From NCBI GenBank assembly GCA_021817245.1, contig JAKAVQ010000010.1:2722-66721 (forward strand): 64,000 nt of DNA. The letters run 5' to 3'. The first letter of the stretch is position 1. Every line of letters starts with the position of its first letter. Origin of the DNA: Thermoplasmata archaeon (GTDB lineage Archaea; Thermoplasmatota; Thermoplasmata; Lutacidiplasmatales; UBA184). The notes below the pieces were generated by a model. That model ran no database searches, was not told where the DNA came from, and was given only the letters and a program-made list of their open reading frames with translations. This document shows positions 1 through 10,211 of the stretch, in pieces. Both the position numbers and the translations under genes were made by a program.

Positions 1-1717
1 AGAAGTTCAACATCTTTCCTTCCGCAACCGACGTGTTAAACGCGGGATGGCTTGGTGACGTGTAGTTCGCATACTTCCCCGGTTCCAAGCTCAGGATCTG
101 ATGCTCGCAGAACGTCGAGCTGTATACTGTGTCTTGCTCGTACAGGAACGGAACGTGCTTCGAAAAAAAGAGGGCCGCCCCAGTCCTCCCAGAACTCTGA
201 ATGCTGGAGTACTTTGAAGGGTTCGTGCAAGCATCAGAAGGTAGATTCTCCGCGTAGTTTGCCCAAGTAAAGTCTCTCGAACCGCCGGAGTAGATTGTGT
301 TGTTCTGAAGCAAATCTCCCAGGGTGACATTCTTCCATGCGTGTGACGGGTAGCTGTCGGTTCCGCACTGATCACTGGTGGCCGCCACCAATGCAAGGTA
401 GTTCGGCGCGGACGGATGACATGCCGCTTCGAACGACGAGGCTCCTTCATACGTATCGGCCAACCACTTCTCAGAAGGACCATGATCCATAACATAGGAT
501 CTGGGTTCATTCTCCATCACGATTACAACGACGTGCTGGATGCACGCCGGCTGACCGGAACCGCCGCACTGAAGCGGGTCGGTGAAGTTGAAAGACATGT
601 CAACAGAAGTGCCTTGGACTGTCAAGAAACCTGAGTTGCCCAGGTTCGGGTCGACGTAGTTCTCATCGCTCTCCTCCGATACATTCCAGTCGTACGTCCC
701 GTTCTGGATGAGCCAAGTGGAACCGGCTTTCCCGCACTGAGTGGCCTCTTCACTCTGGATGTCTTGGCACCATACAGTCCCGGAAGGAAGTCCAGTCTCT
801 GAGAACGTGACGGGATACTCTGTGGTGTAATCGACAGCACCGATCGCGATGATGTCCTCGATCCATGGCGCGCGGGAGGTGAGGGTCGCGTTCATCCAGA
901 CCGATTCCGCGGTCGAGTTATTGTTCGAATAGTACAACACCCCGGTCGTCACGTTCGTGCCCGTCACCGAGGAGTTCGTGGTGACTTGGTCGGCTAGGGC
1001 GGCCGGAGCCTGGGCGGTGAAGTTGTTCCAACTCCACGTGCCGATTCCGGCAAGGGCGAGATCATTGGCATGCACCGTCAAGTGCTCGTTCGGCGAGTTA
1101 CTATTCCCATGGATGATGTCCGCGACTTGATCTACGAACGGAACCGGGTTCCCACCATACGGATTCCCCCCGTTGACGTCCACGACATCGATCGCCGCAC
1201 TGTCGGTCGTCCCGCCGGTCAGCGTGACGTTGACGTCGGTGTTGGGACCTCCACTGACGTTCGTCGCCGCCCAGACCGAGAACCCGTGCGTTCCCCCATT
1301 GACGTAGTCGAGCAGATACGCCTCTTGGACGAACGTGTCGTTCGGCCCGTTCTCGACCGTCACGTTGTGGACGGTGGTCTTTCCGAACAGCTCGACAAAG
1401 ACGACCAGGGTGTCGGACGGGGCGACATCAAAGGGACCCGTGTCCCCCGACGTGTTCTCCGTGATGGTGAAATTGACGATTTGGGCGATGACTGGAAGGA
1501 CGTGGACCGAGGCGGTGGCGACGGTTAGGTTGGAGCTCCCGTTGGAGGGATTCGCGGCAATCTCCCCCACTCCGAGAGTCGCTGAGAGAGACCATGCGAG
1601 AATCGCGAAGAGAGTGACTGCGATGACCCAGAGCTTTCGGGTGTCGGGACTTCTCCCCTCCGCCCATACACCACCGCCCCGGGGTCGGGAATGAGGAGCG
1701 CGAAAGCATCCCCCCAT
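1..1717 (-). CDS. Secreted/surface phosphoesterase-family protein (acid phosphatase/phospholipase C-like), paralog of 2167..4575; runs off the left edge
   Basis: Missing from the ORF track because no stop lies in the window. Manual minus-strand translation from ATG 1717 is open to base 1: hydrophobic N-terminus (KLWVIAVTLFAILAWSL), DTLVVFVELFG, NGGNPYGGNP, GIGTWSWNNFTAQ, YPVTFSETGLPSGTVW, CIQHVVVIVMENE, CHPSAPNYLA, FSKHVPFLYE. Confidence 0.85.
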   Translation of the reverse strand, partial: MGGCFRAPHSRPRGGGVWAEGRSPDTRKLWVIAVTLFAILAWSLSATLGVGEIAANPSNGSSNLTVATASVHVLPVIAQIVNFTITENTSGDTGPFDVAPSDTLVVFVELFGKTTVHNVTVENGPNDTFVQEAYLLDYVNGGTHGFSVWAATNVSGGPNTDVNVTLTGGTTDSAAIDVVDVNGGNPYGGNPVPFVDQVADIIHGNSNSPNEHLTVHANDLALAGIGTWSWNNFTAQAPAALADQVTTNSSVTGTNVTTGVLYYSNNNSTAESVWMNATLTSRAPWIEDIIAIGAVDYTTEYPVTFSETGLPSGTVWCQDIQSEEATQCGKAGSTWLIQNGTYDWNVSEESDENYVDPNLGNSGFLTVQGTSVDMSFNFTDPLQCGGSGQPACIQHVVVIVMENEPRSYVMDHGPSEKWLADTYEGASSFEAACHPSAPNYLALVAATSDQCGTDSYPSHAWKNVTLGDLLQNNTIYSGGSRDFTWANYAENLPSDACTNPSKYSSIQSSGRTGAALFFSKHVPFLYEQDTVYSSTFCEHQILSLEPGKYANYTSPSHPAFNTSVAEGKMLNF

Positions 1718-2166
1718 GGGCGAATTGTCCCCGGATCGTCCTGCTGATACATGTATCTGCCGGTGCCCGTTTGCTGTCTGTCTTGCCAAGGCCTCACTGT
1801 CTACTCCCACTCGGCGAGACAACAGTAGGACTTCGTGCACACTCCCGGGGGAGCTCTCCGTCAGTAACTCCACCGTGAGGCTGAGCCCGAAGTGCTGGAT
1901 CACCGCTCATTCGCTTGTCCGGTGTCGGCCAATCGAGACGTTCGGAGGATTCTAATACCTGAATTCAGTTCTCGGTTTGAGCGGTGGATGCGGCCGTTGG
2001 CTGGCGTCCTGGTTCCTCTTTCTGCAGTGCTGTTTCCCGTGTGCTTGGGTCCTATATCGCGCAAAAGCGGTCCAAGTGGTCCATTCCATCCGAACAAGTG
2101 TAGACCTTCGTTCATCGGGTTGAGCGGATTCCCTGCAGCTACCGTGCAATCGCTCGGGGAGCCTCC

Positions 2167-4575
2167 ATGAAACGGAGAAATCCGGGAGCTCACACGAAGT
2201 GGCAAGCAGTCGCAATCGTCGTGGTCGCGGTCATCGCGTGGTCGACTACATCCCGACTCGACGGAACGACTTCCGGTGGGAATGGCGATGCCGGCACCCA
2301 TCTCTCGACGGCCTCTTCGACGGTTGCGGTAGTTCCTAACATTGCCCAGATCTTCAATTTCACTCTCACGGGGGCATCCTCAGGAGATTCAGGCGCCTAC
2401 GATGTAGCCCCGGCCGATACCCTCGTGGTTTTCGTCGAGCTATTTGGTCGTTCCACTGTCCAGAACGTCATCGTTGAGGACGGACCCAACGACACCTTCG
2501 TCCAACAGGCATACCAACTCCAGTATGCCAATGGCGGGACCCATGGGTTCGCGGTGTGGACCTGCGCCGACGTCGACGGAGGCCCCTATACTGACGTGAA
2601 TGTGACCCTCGCGGGAGGCACCACCTACAACGCTGCCGTAGAAGTGGTCGACGTGAACGGGGGGAATCCCTACGGAGGCAATCCGATTCCGTTCGTCGAT
2701 CAGGTCGCCGACACGGTCACCGGAGTGAATCGGTATCCCAACGAACACATCACCGCGCATGCGGACGACTTGGTCCTTGGCGGTATCGGGACCTGGAGCT
2801 GGAACAACTTCACGGCCCAAAGCCCAGCCAGCCTCGGTGACCAGGTCACGACCAACTCTTCTGGTGGCGGCATGAACGTAACGGCAGGAGTCCTTACCTA
2901 CACAAACCACAACTCCACCCAACAATCCGTCTGGATGAATGCCACGCTCACTTCCAGCGCCCCCTGGATCGAGTGCATCATCACGATCGGCGCGACGGAA
3001 TACACCCAAACGTTTCCGGTCACGTTCACTGAAACTGGATTGCCAGCAGGAACAACTTGGTGTCAGGGACTCACGGGCATGGTCTCTACGGTCGCGTGCG
3101 GGGCTTCCTCCCTGACAACCTACGTGATTAATGGGACGTACGAATGGAACATCTCCGTCGTGAGCAACGAAACGTGGTATGACCCCGTCCTCGGAGAAGA
3201 CGGCTACCTGACCGTTACCGGCACCTCCGCTCAGCTTGACTTCAATCTTGTGGACGGCTGCACATCACGTTGCATACAGCACGTCGTCGTTATCGTTTTC
3301 GAAAACGAAGCACTGTCGACTGTCAACAAGTACGGAACGTACGAAGACAATCTCTCAAGAAACTATGAAGGAGACCAACACTTCTACGCGCCCTGTCATC
3401 CCTCGGCTCCAGAGTACTTGGCGATGGTCTCCGCGACAACTGACCAGTGTCCATACGACGCGTATCCGGGAAGCAACCCGCCGTCGAGTGGGGGAGGAGT
3501 CTACAAGTCTTGGGAGAACATCACTCTCGGCGACCTGCTCCAAAATCACTCGACTTACAATTCGGGTGACAGGAACTACACGGGGAATTTCAATTGGAGC
3601 GTCTACGCCGAGAATCTGCCGATGTTTACAGGTTCTGGCACTTACCCCAACACGTGTACGAATCCATCACATTACGATAAGATAGTCGGTGGAACTTCCG
3701 GATTCTCCCTCTTCGCCTCAAAACACACCGGCTTCCTCTACGAAGATTCGATGGTTCACAATGCCTCGTTTTGCGAGAGCCACCTCTTCAGCGTAGAACC
3801 TGGCAAGTACGATTCGAGTCGCTTCTCGTTCAATCAGACAGTTGCGGATGGAAACATGACGAACCTCTCGTTCGTCATTCCCAACATGTGCGATGATGGG
3901 CACGACAATTGTTCGACGGCAACCAAGACGGTCACGGGCCCGAATGCCACATGCGACGGTTCTTCATGCGTCGCGAAGTCATCACCTTGGCAAGTCTCGC
4001 GTCAAGCCGATCCGTGGCTCAAGTGGTTTCTCGGCGACCTCTTGTTGTGTTCCGGGCCATATTCAAACAGTGTATCTCCAAGTGCGCACAGCAATTGTGA
4101 GAAGGAAATCCCACACACGTTGTTCCTGGTGACCTATGACGAGTCGGCTGGGACGAGTTACTCTGTTGGCATACCAAAGGCACAGGTCCCGGGCTATGCT
4201 AGCCATGCGTACAACAACTTTGCACTTTGCTTGTCCAAGACAAGCAACTCGAGGGTGGTCTGTGGAGGGTCGACTTACTTCACCGTAGTGTTCGGAAACA
4301 AGAGCCTGATGAAGGGACACGGCTCGAACTACTTGTATCCAACCGGGTTGTCACTTCCCGGACACAAGGATTTGAATACAACCGACTACGCCATCGTGGA
4401 CCTCGTCGAATGGCTTTTTGACCTCACAAACTTCGAGCATGCATACAACGTCTCAAAGAACAGTGGCAGCCTTGGGAAACTCAGTAATTCGGGTTGGCTC
4501 GATTCTCTTTGGTTCGACGACAAGCTCAATTTCAATCCAAGTCGGATTTTTGTGTTCAGTTCGAATGGTTACTAG
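2167..4575 (+). CDS. Secreted/surface phosphoesterase-family protein with N-terminal beta-rich domain and thermopsin-like repeat
   Basis: Signal/anchor peptide, FPVTFTETGLPAGTTW module, IQHVVVIVFENE, HPSAPEYLA, KHTGF, FVIPNMCDDGHD and LVTYDES phosphoesterase motifs. Many Cys and N-x-S/T sequons. Confidence 0.85.
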   Translation: MKRRNPGAHTKWQAVAIVVVAVIAWSTTSRLDGTTSGGNGDAGTHLSTASSTVAVVPNIAQIFNFTLTGASSGDSGAYDVAPADTLVVFVELFGRSTVQNVIVEDGPNDTFVQQAYQLQYANGGTHGFAVWTCADVDGGPYTDVNVTLAGGTTYNAAVEVVDVNGGNPYGGNPIPFVDQVADTVTGVNRYPNEHITAHADDLVLGGIGTWSWNNFTAQSPASLGDQVTTNSSGGGMNVTAGVLTYTNHNSTQQSVWMNATLTSSAPWIECIITIGATEYTQTFPVTFTETGLPAGTTWCQGLTGMVSTVACGASSLTTYVINGTYEWNISVVSNETWYDPVLGEDGYLTVTGTSAQLDFNLVDGCTSRCIQHVVVIVFENEALSTVNKYGTYEDNLSRNYEGDQHFYAPCHPSAPEYLAMVSATTDQCPYDAYPGSNPPSSGGGVYKSWENITLGDLLQNHSTYNSGDRNYTGNFNWSVYAENLPMFTGSGTYPNTCTNPSHYDKIVGGTSGFSLFASKHTGFLYEDSMVHNASFCESHLFSVEPGKYDSSRFSFNQTVADGNMTNLSFVIPNMCDDGHDNCSTATKTVTGPNATCDGSSCVAKSSPWQVSRQADPWLKWFLGDLLLCSGPYSNSVSPSAHSNCEKEIPHTLFLVTYDESAGTSYSVGIPKAQVPGYASHAYNNFALCLSKTSNSRVVCGGSTYFTVVFGNKSLMKGHGSNYLYPTGLSLPGHKDLNTTDYAIVDLVEWLFDLTNFEHAYNVSKNSGSLGKLSNSGWLDSLWFDDKLNFNPSRIFVFSSNGY

Positions 4576-4592
4576 CGGAGATCGGAGGTAGG

Positions 4593-5888
4593 ATGCCGAG
4601 GAAACTGTGCGCGTCAAACTCGTTGAGGGGCAGAGTACCACCCTGGCGACGGTTCAATGTCACCGTCGGTAGCGAAAGCGATCTCTCGATCGGTCAAGTC
4701 CGGGGGATTAGGGCTAACGAATCGCGAACTCGACCACCTTGCGTTGACGGTCACCCAGACAAGTCCCCATCCAAGTTGGTGTTCGTTGTCGCGATTGGAG
4801 TTGTGCTGACCGTCTTGCTGGGTGCTGTATCCGTTGGCTCAGTCGTGACATCGTCTGTGAGTGCACACTCCGCTGTCACACTATCTGCCACTCAGGTGCC
4901 GCGCCTCATTTCTTCGTGCCTCTCAAACGAATATGGTACGCTCGCCGCCGTGTTCAATCCTTCCAATGGCTATGTGTACGTGGCTGATGGGTACTCAGGA
5001 GTAGTAGTCGTCAAACCGCCCTGCACCTTCGTCAAGTCGATCCCAGCTCTCGTGAACCGAAGTGAGGGATTCGCGTTCGTTACAGGCGTCTCGTACGACC
5101 CCCTTACTCACGAAGTCGTGGCAGTAAGTCCCACAACCGAGGAGTCCGCCGGATTGACGTATGTCTGGGTCATCCACGGCACGACGTTGGCAAAGAAGGT
5201 GGATCTCGGCGATTCCCAGTTCGCATTTTCGGCTGCCTGGGACCCAGCGCTACTCGCGTTTCTGATCCCGAATTCGTGCTGCACCTACAGTTCGGGAGTC
5301 GACATTCTATACGTGACAGAAGTCAACGGTACGACGAGGGTCGCCGTAATCCTCAACGCCTTCGACCGAGGCAATCTTCCCCAGAGGGTCTTCGTCGCGG
5401 ATCGATATGTCTTCGCGATGGGAAACCGCGTGGACACGTTTAGCGACAGGACTCTGAACTATCTCGGTTCCTTCGACTTATCGGCGGCGCCGGGATGTGG
5501 CGGATGCGTCTCCATGGCGTGGGACCCTCTCAACCACACGGTGCTGGTGGGCCTTATGGCAACCTCCCCTTCGAAGGCTGTCTATTTCCTTGACGCAAAC
5601 TCGGTCGCTAGCCGGACGTTCACTTTTCGCAGCCTTCCAATCCATGACATCCTTAAGAACGGTGCAGGAGGTGTTGCGTTCTCCCCTGCTGATAACGATG
5701 TCTACATCACGGCGGCGGGCGGTAGTGACGTCTGGTTCCTGAGCACTTCAGGATTGCTCCAGCACATCTATCTGGGGACGAGCGCGGGCCTGGGAGGACT
5801 CGCGTACGATCCCGTCAGCCATGATATGTATGTCTGTGGCAGCGATCTCTATGGGGTCGGAGGTCTGCTGTACGTTCTAAGCCCCTAA
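4593..5888 (+). CDS. Membrane-anchored/secreted YncE-like beta-propeller protein
   Basis: Hydrophobic anchor followed by repeated (A/S)(Y/W/F)(D/N/S)PxxxxxYV blades (AVFNPSNGYVYVAD, SYDPLTHEV, AWDPLNHTVLV, AFSPADNDVYI, AYDPVSHDMYV). GGAGGT precedes ATG 4593; start uncertain. Confidence 0.75.
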   Translation: MPRKLCASNSLRGRVPPWRRFNVTVGSESDLSIGQVRGIRANESRTRPPCVDGHPDKSPSKLVFVVAIGVVLTVLLGAVSVGSVVTSSVSAHSAVTLSATQVPRLISSCLSNEYGTLAAVFNPSNGYVYVADGYSGVVVVKPPCTFVKSIPALVNRSEGFAFVTGVSYDPLTHEVVAVSPTTEESAGLTYVWVIHGTTLAKKVDLGDSQFAFSAAWDPALLAFLIPNSCCTYSSGVDILYVTEVNGTTRVAVILNAFDRGNLPQRVFVADRYVFAMGNRVDTFSDRTLNYLGSFDLSAAPGCGGCVSMAWDPLNHTVLVGLMATSPSKAVYFLDANSVASRTFTFRSLPIHDILKNGAGGVAFSPADNDVYITAAGGSDVWFLSTSGLLQHIYLGTSAGLGGLAYDPVSHDMYVCGSDLYGVGGLLYVLSP

Positions 5889-6348
5889 GTGCCGTATCTC
5901 AGGCTTTTCGACGCACCCCCCCGGGGTGGACCAGGAGGACGCCCTTGTTCGGTGGCGAAGCGCTCGTTAGGCGGTGTCAGGGGTTTCCCGGGTGACTAAC
6001 CCGACTCTCCGACGATTCGTAGCCAGGATTCGAACCACTGGCTTTTCGAATCCCAGCACGAGCGCCTTTCCCGACCGGCGACGCCGCTGGGTGGATCCGG
6101 ACACGTGGAGGGTCGGACCCGGCGCCGGAGGAGTGCATCGACTCGACCGCAGGATCGGAGGGGACGGCGAAGTCGTTGGTGAACCTCTTCTCGTGTTTCG
6201 AACGTCCCGAAGCAGGCCCCACCGAACCGGGCGCGCTCGGGATCGCCCGCGCTCGAATCCGAGTGGTGCCGGCACCAGTCTGCGGTCGTCTTCGCCCTAC
6301 TCTCATTCCCCTACTGGATTATATCGTGGGCATCCCGTCTCCCGCTCC

Positions 6349-6810
6349 ATGGGCACGGGGTCGCGCTCCCCCAGGGATCGGATGGTCCGCCACCAGTACT
6401 TCAGCCGCGCCGCGCCCGTGCGAGCCTTCGATGCGGTCACGAATCCCCGGATGCTCGTGAAGTGGCTGTCGAGCCGAGCCGAGATCACTCCGAAGAAGAC
6501 CGGCCCGTACCTCCTCGGATGGACCGGAGGGCCCACCCACACCGCAAGAATCCTCGAATTCGAACCCGGTAAGAGCATCGGGTTGACTTGGGCGTGGCCT
6601 GGCGTCTCGCTGCGCGGAACGGTCCTCCGGCTCTCCGTCGCGCCGGAGGACGACGGGTCGCTCCTCACGGTCGAGCACTCCGGTTTCGCCCGAATCGGGG
6701 AGTGGACCGATCTCTACGGCGGAGCGGAATGGGGCCGGACCTACTTTGCCATGAACTTGAAGTCAGTCCACGAGACGGGCCATGATCTTCGATCCGGGCA
6801 CGACGGGTGA
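6349..6810 (+). CDS. SRPBCC/AHSA1 (START-like) domain protein
   Basis: AAPVRAFDAVTNP..LVKWL, ILEFEPGKSIGLTW, LLTVEHSGF, NLKSVHE pattern. Start trimmed from the longer track ORF. Confidence 0.75.
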   Translation: MGTGSRSPRDRMVRHQYFSRAAPVRAFDAVTNPRMLVKWLSSRAEITPKKTGPYLLGWTGGPTHTARILEFEPGKSIGLTWAWPGVSLRGTVLRLSVAPEDDGSLLTVEHSGFARIGEWTDLYGGAEWGRTYFAMNLKSVHETGHDLRSGHDG

Positions 6811-6834
6811 GTCGTGGCGGAGGGGGAGGAAGAG

Positions 6835-7461
6835 ATGACTCGGAGAATCACGGCCAACCTGTACATGACCCTCGACGGTCGCGGCGAGTTCCCGAAGTAC
6901 CCGGGTTCGGATGTCGCCTCGGACGAGGCCGACGAGTTCTTCCGATCCTTTTGGACGAGCCGATACAAGGACGTCACCACGGTGGTCATGGGACGACGCT
7001 CGTTCGTCGGTCACCGGGATACCCACTCGCTTCGGGCGCGGAAACCGAACGACCCGAAGTTCATGTTCGAGTACTCCCGCTGGCTCGACCGCGTGGACAA
7101 GGTCTGCCTCAGTCGCACGCTCAAGGAGACCGGCTGGGAGAACTCTCGGCTGATGAAGGGCGACCTTTCGGCCATCGTGAGGCGACTGCTCCGAGAGAAG
7201 GGCGGCAACATCATCATCGAGGGAGGCCCCCGGTTGATCCAGGACGTCCTCCGACGCGACCTGGCGGACGATTATTGGCTCGTTCTGATGCCCGTCGTTT
7301 ACGGGCGGGGGCCCCGATACTGGGGGACGCTGAAGGAGCAGCGAACCTTGAAGCTCCTGTCGGCGAGCTCGCTCGAGTGGGGAGAAGTGCTGCTCCACTA
7401 CGCGAGCCGGGGGAGGGTGCCGGACTCGGACCGAGGACGGGCGACGCACCCTTCGGGGTAG
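6835..7461 (+). CDS. Dihydrofolate reductase/RibD C-terminal family protein
   Basis: YMTLDG, VVMGRRSF, KVCLSRTL, IIIEGGPRL, DDYWLVLMPVVYGRG. Confidence 0.85.
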   Translation: MTRRITANLYMTLDGRGEFPKYPGSDVASDEADEFFRSFWTSRYKDVTTVVMGRRSFVGHRDTHSLRARKPNDPKFMFEYSRWLDRVDKVCLSRTLKETGWENSRLMKGDLSAIVRRLLREKGGNIIIEGGPRLIQDVLRRDLADDYWLVLMPVVYGRGPRYWGTLKEQRTLKLLSASSLEWGEVLLHYASRGRVPDSDRGRATHPSG

Positions 7462-7872
7462 ACGGACCGGCCGGCGCTTCGACCGCACCCAGAACCTCTT
7501 GGGCCGGAGCGATGCCCTCTCGATACCGGGACAGGCCCCTATCCCGAGCGGTGGCGATGCAAACGGATGGGCGCGGCCGATTCGGGACACCCGTGGTTGG
7601 CCCGTTGTCCCGCGAGCCCAAGATCTCCGAGGCGGCACCTCGAGGAGCTGTCCGAGGAAACGGTTCGTTTCGTTCCCGCTGATGACGTTCCGATGCACGT
7701 CGAAGCACGATCCGCGGGTGAGCGGTACCTTCTCCCGCGCCCGCGGATCGGAGTCCGTGGCCGTCAGCGTTCCGGCGCCCCGGTACGATGAGCGTTCGCC
7801 TTGATCGGATCGCGAGCTTCGTCACGGACGGCCGGCCGGCGCCTAGTCGTGGAACGCTGCGCCCCACCGCGA

Positions 7873-9903
7873 TCACCGCGCGGTTCGCGAGACGGGTGGC
7901 GAGCCGGCTTCGGGCGCTCGGATGCCCCGGCGTGTCACGAGACCTATAACTCGGCTCGGGCCCTCGACGGAGACGACGGCGGCGACGTTCGTTCCCTGAC
8001 GCTCCATACGGCTGAGCGATTCGTCGGCCGGGAGGTCGGCCGGGAGAAGGAGTTCCACCGGCCGCACGAGGTCGAACATCCGTGTTTGCAAACTCTCGTT
8101 CGTCGGGACCTGGAGCAGGTCGCTCAGACGAACCGCTCCCAACCAAGCTCCCCCCTGCTCGACGGAAAGCACCGAACGTCCATTGGCCACCGCGAGGTCG
8201 ATCGCTTCGCGCACGCGCAGGGAGGGGGGCACGGGTTCGGACTCGTGTTTCGCGATCTCTCCGATCGGCGTCCCGGAAAGGAAGTAGCTTCGATACTCCT
8301 CTTGGTGCGCGGGGCTTTGGATGCGGCTCGGAAGCTGCTCGGAGTAGATGTGCGACCGGCCGGTAGCGACGTATGCCACGAAGATCGACAGCATCGCCGC
8401 GGGAAGGATCGTGTAAGTCCCCGCCATCTCGACCACCATGATCAGCACCCCCAGCGGCGCCTTCGAGATTCCGCCGAAGAATGACATCATCCCGACGATG
8501 GAGAAGACCGGTACGATGGTGAGCGGGACAAGGCCGGGCAGCAGGTTGTGAGAGATCCCTCCCACCACCGTTCCGAGGAACGCCCCCACGACCACGCTGG
8601 TCCCGAACAGGCCCGCGCTCCCCCCACTGCCAACCACGAACGACGTCATCACCATCCGGAGAAACACAGCGGCCAACAGAGTCGCGAGGATCATCGCGGA
8701 GAAATTCCCCGAGGAGAGCCGCCCGAGCATCACGGCTTGGACGAACCCGTACCCGACCGAAAGCGAAGAAAGGGAAGCGAAGTGCCCCTGCTCGGGCAAC
8801 AAGAAGTATGCTCCGAGGAAGATGCCCCCGGCAACGGCCGCCCCGGCCGCCGGCCGAACGACCGGGGGCCAGCGGCGCGAACCAAACCACGAGTCCGTCC
8901 GGTGGTACATCCAGGTAAAGAATATCCCTACGGCACCGCAGACGATCCCGAGACCCGCGTAGAGGGGTAGCCGAGCGGGGTCGAAGGCGTAGTTCGAGAG
9001 CGCGCTCGGCGTCGCAAACAGCGTATGGAAGCCGAAGATGGTGGAGTACACCGAGTAGGCCACCACCGACGCGATGATCGCAGGGACGAACACTTCGGGC
9101 TCGAAGTCGCCCGTGTAGAGGATCTCGGCCGAGTAGACCGCTCCGCCCAACGGGGCGCGGAAGATCGCTCCGATACCCGCACCCATACCGGTCGCCAGGG
9201 CGATGCGACGGTCCCTGTCGCCCAGGCCGAACAGATCCGACCAGATCGAACCGAAGCCACCCCCGATCTGAGACACCGGGCCCTCCCGCCCTCCACTTCC
9301 TCCGGTCCCCAGCGTGATGGCGCTCGCGATGGTCTTCAGAATCGGGACCCGGACCCGTACCTTGCCGGCGTTCTTGTGAAACGAACGGATGGTCGCGTCG
9401 GTCCCGTGACCCGCCACCTCGGGAGCCGCTCCCCGGACGATGATCCCCACCGCGAGACCGCCGATCACGAGCAGCGCTGGGACGACGAGTATCCGAGGGA
9501 ACGAACTCGACCACGTGAGCTGGGAGAGGGCGGCGGTGCCCTCCGACGGCAGCGTCAGTCCGGCCAGCTGAACCAGCAGCGTTCCGGTGAGGAGCCCGAT
9601 CAGGTAATAGAACAGCGCGGCGCCCAGCCCCGCGACGATCCCGATCGGAACGGCGATCACCACCCACCGAGCGAGGTCGCGATAGACGCCCGTCCAAGCG
9701 GTGGAGTGCGGGGCACTAACTCTCGGGAACCAGCGACGCCCGACCGCGGCGGTCCGAGGAGAGAGGCGGACGGATTCCGATGGGGGTCCGGGGGTGCCGG
9801 GAGGACGAGGGGTCGTCGTAGGCTCACTTCCGAAGACGCAACGGGAGACCCGAGACGTGGTAAGGGATTTGCGGGAGGTGGAGACCGCACCCTTCGGGGG
9901 CAC
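7873..9903 (-). CDS. ClC chloride channel/H+ antiporter with C-terminal CBS domains
   Basis: GHGTD, GGSGGREGP, GAIFRAPLGG, GGSAGLF, APLGVLIMVVEMAG; tandem CBS-like tail. Start may lie further downstream. Confidence 0.9.
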   Translation of the reverse strand: MPPKGAVSTSRKSLTTSRVSRCVFGSEPTTTPRPPGTPGPPSESVRLSPRTAAVGRRWFPRVSAPHSTAWTGVYRDLARWVVIAVPIGIVAGLGAALFYYLIGLLTGTLLVQLAGLTLPSEGTAALSQLTWSSSFPRILVVPALLVIGGLAVGIIVRGAAPEVAGHGTDATIRSFHKNAGKVRVRVPILKTIASAITLGTGGSGGREGPVSQIGGGFGSIWSDLFGLGDRDRRIALATGMGAGIGAIFRAPLGGAVYSAEILYTGDFEPEVFVPAIIASVVAYSVYSTIFGFHTLFATPSALSNYAFDPARLPLYAGLGIVCGAVGIFFTWMYHRTDSWFGSRRWPPVVRPAAGAAVAGGIFLGAYFLLPEQGHFASLSSLSVGYGFVQAVMLGRLSSGNFSAMILATLLAAVFLRMVMTSFVVGSGGSAGLFGTSVVVGAFLGTVVGGISHNLLPGLVPLTIVPVFSIVGMMSFFGGISKAPLGVLIMVVEMAGTYTILPAAMLSIFVAYVATGRSHIYSEQLPSRIQSPAHQEEYRSYFLSGTPIGEIAKHESEPVPPSLRVREAIDLAVANGRSVLSVEQGGAWLGAVRLSDLLQVPTNESLQTRMFDLVRPVELLLPADLPADESLSRMERQGTNVAAVVSVEGPSRVIGLVTRRGIRAPEAGSPPVSRTAR

Positions 9904-10211
9904 GCGGCCGCGCGTAAAGACCCGGCCGTCACGGCCGGATGAGGTCTGCGTTCCCCCGACGCCCGCGTCTCACGCGACGGGAATCCGAGGTCGGGCTGCA
10001 CGTGAAGTCCGGATCGACCGATCGTGGGGCTCTCGGCCCGGAACCCCCAGGCCCGGGTGCGCTCGGAGCTCCGGATGTGGCCGCGCGACGACCGCCTTCG
10101 CCCGGTCCGCCCCGGCGGCGACGGAGCGCAGGCGGCCCGACGCGCACCATGTCGAGCCGCCTTGACGAAAGTGGTAACCCGCGGCGGGCTCCTTGAGGAG
10201 CGAGGGAAACG

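Noticed and set aside
36-1955. Short track ORFs at the left end
   Set aside because: These are alternative frames or antisense of the single long minus-strand gene <1..1717.
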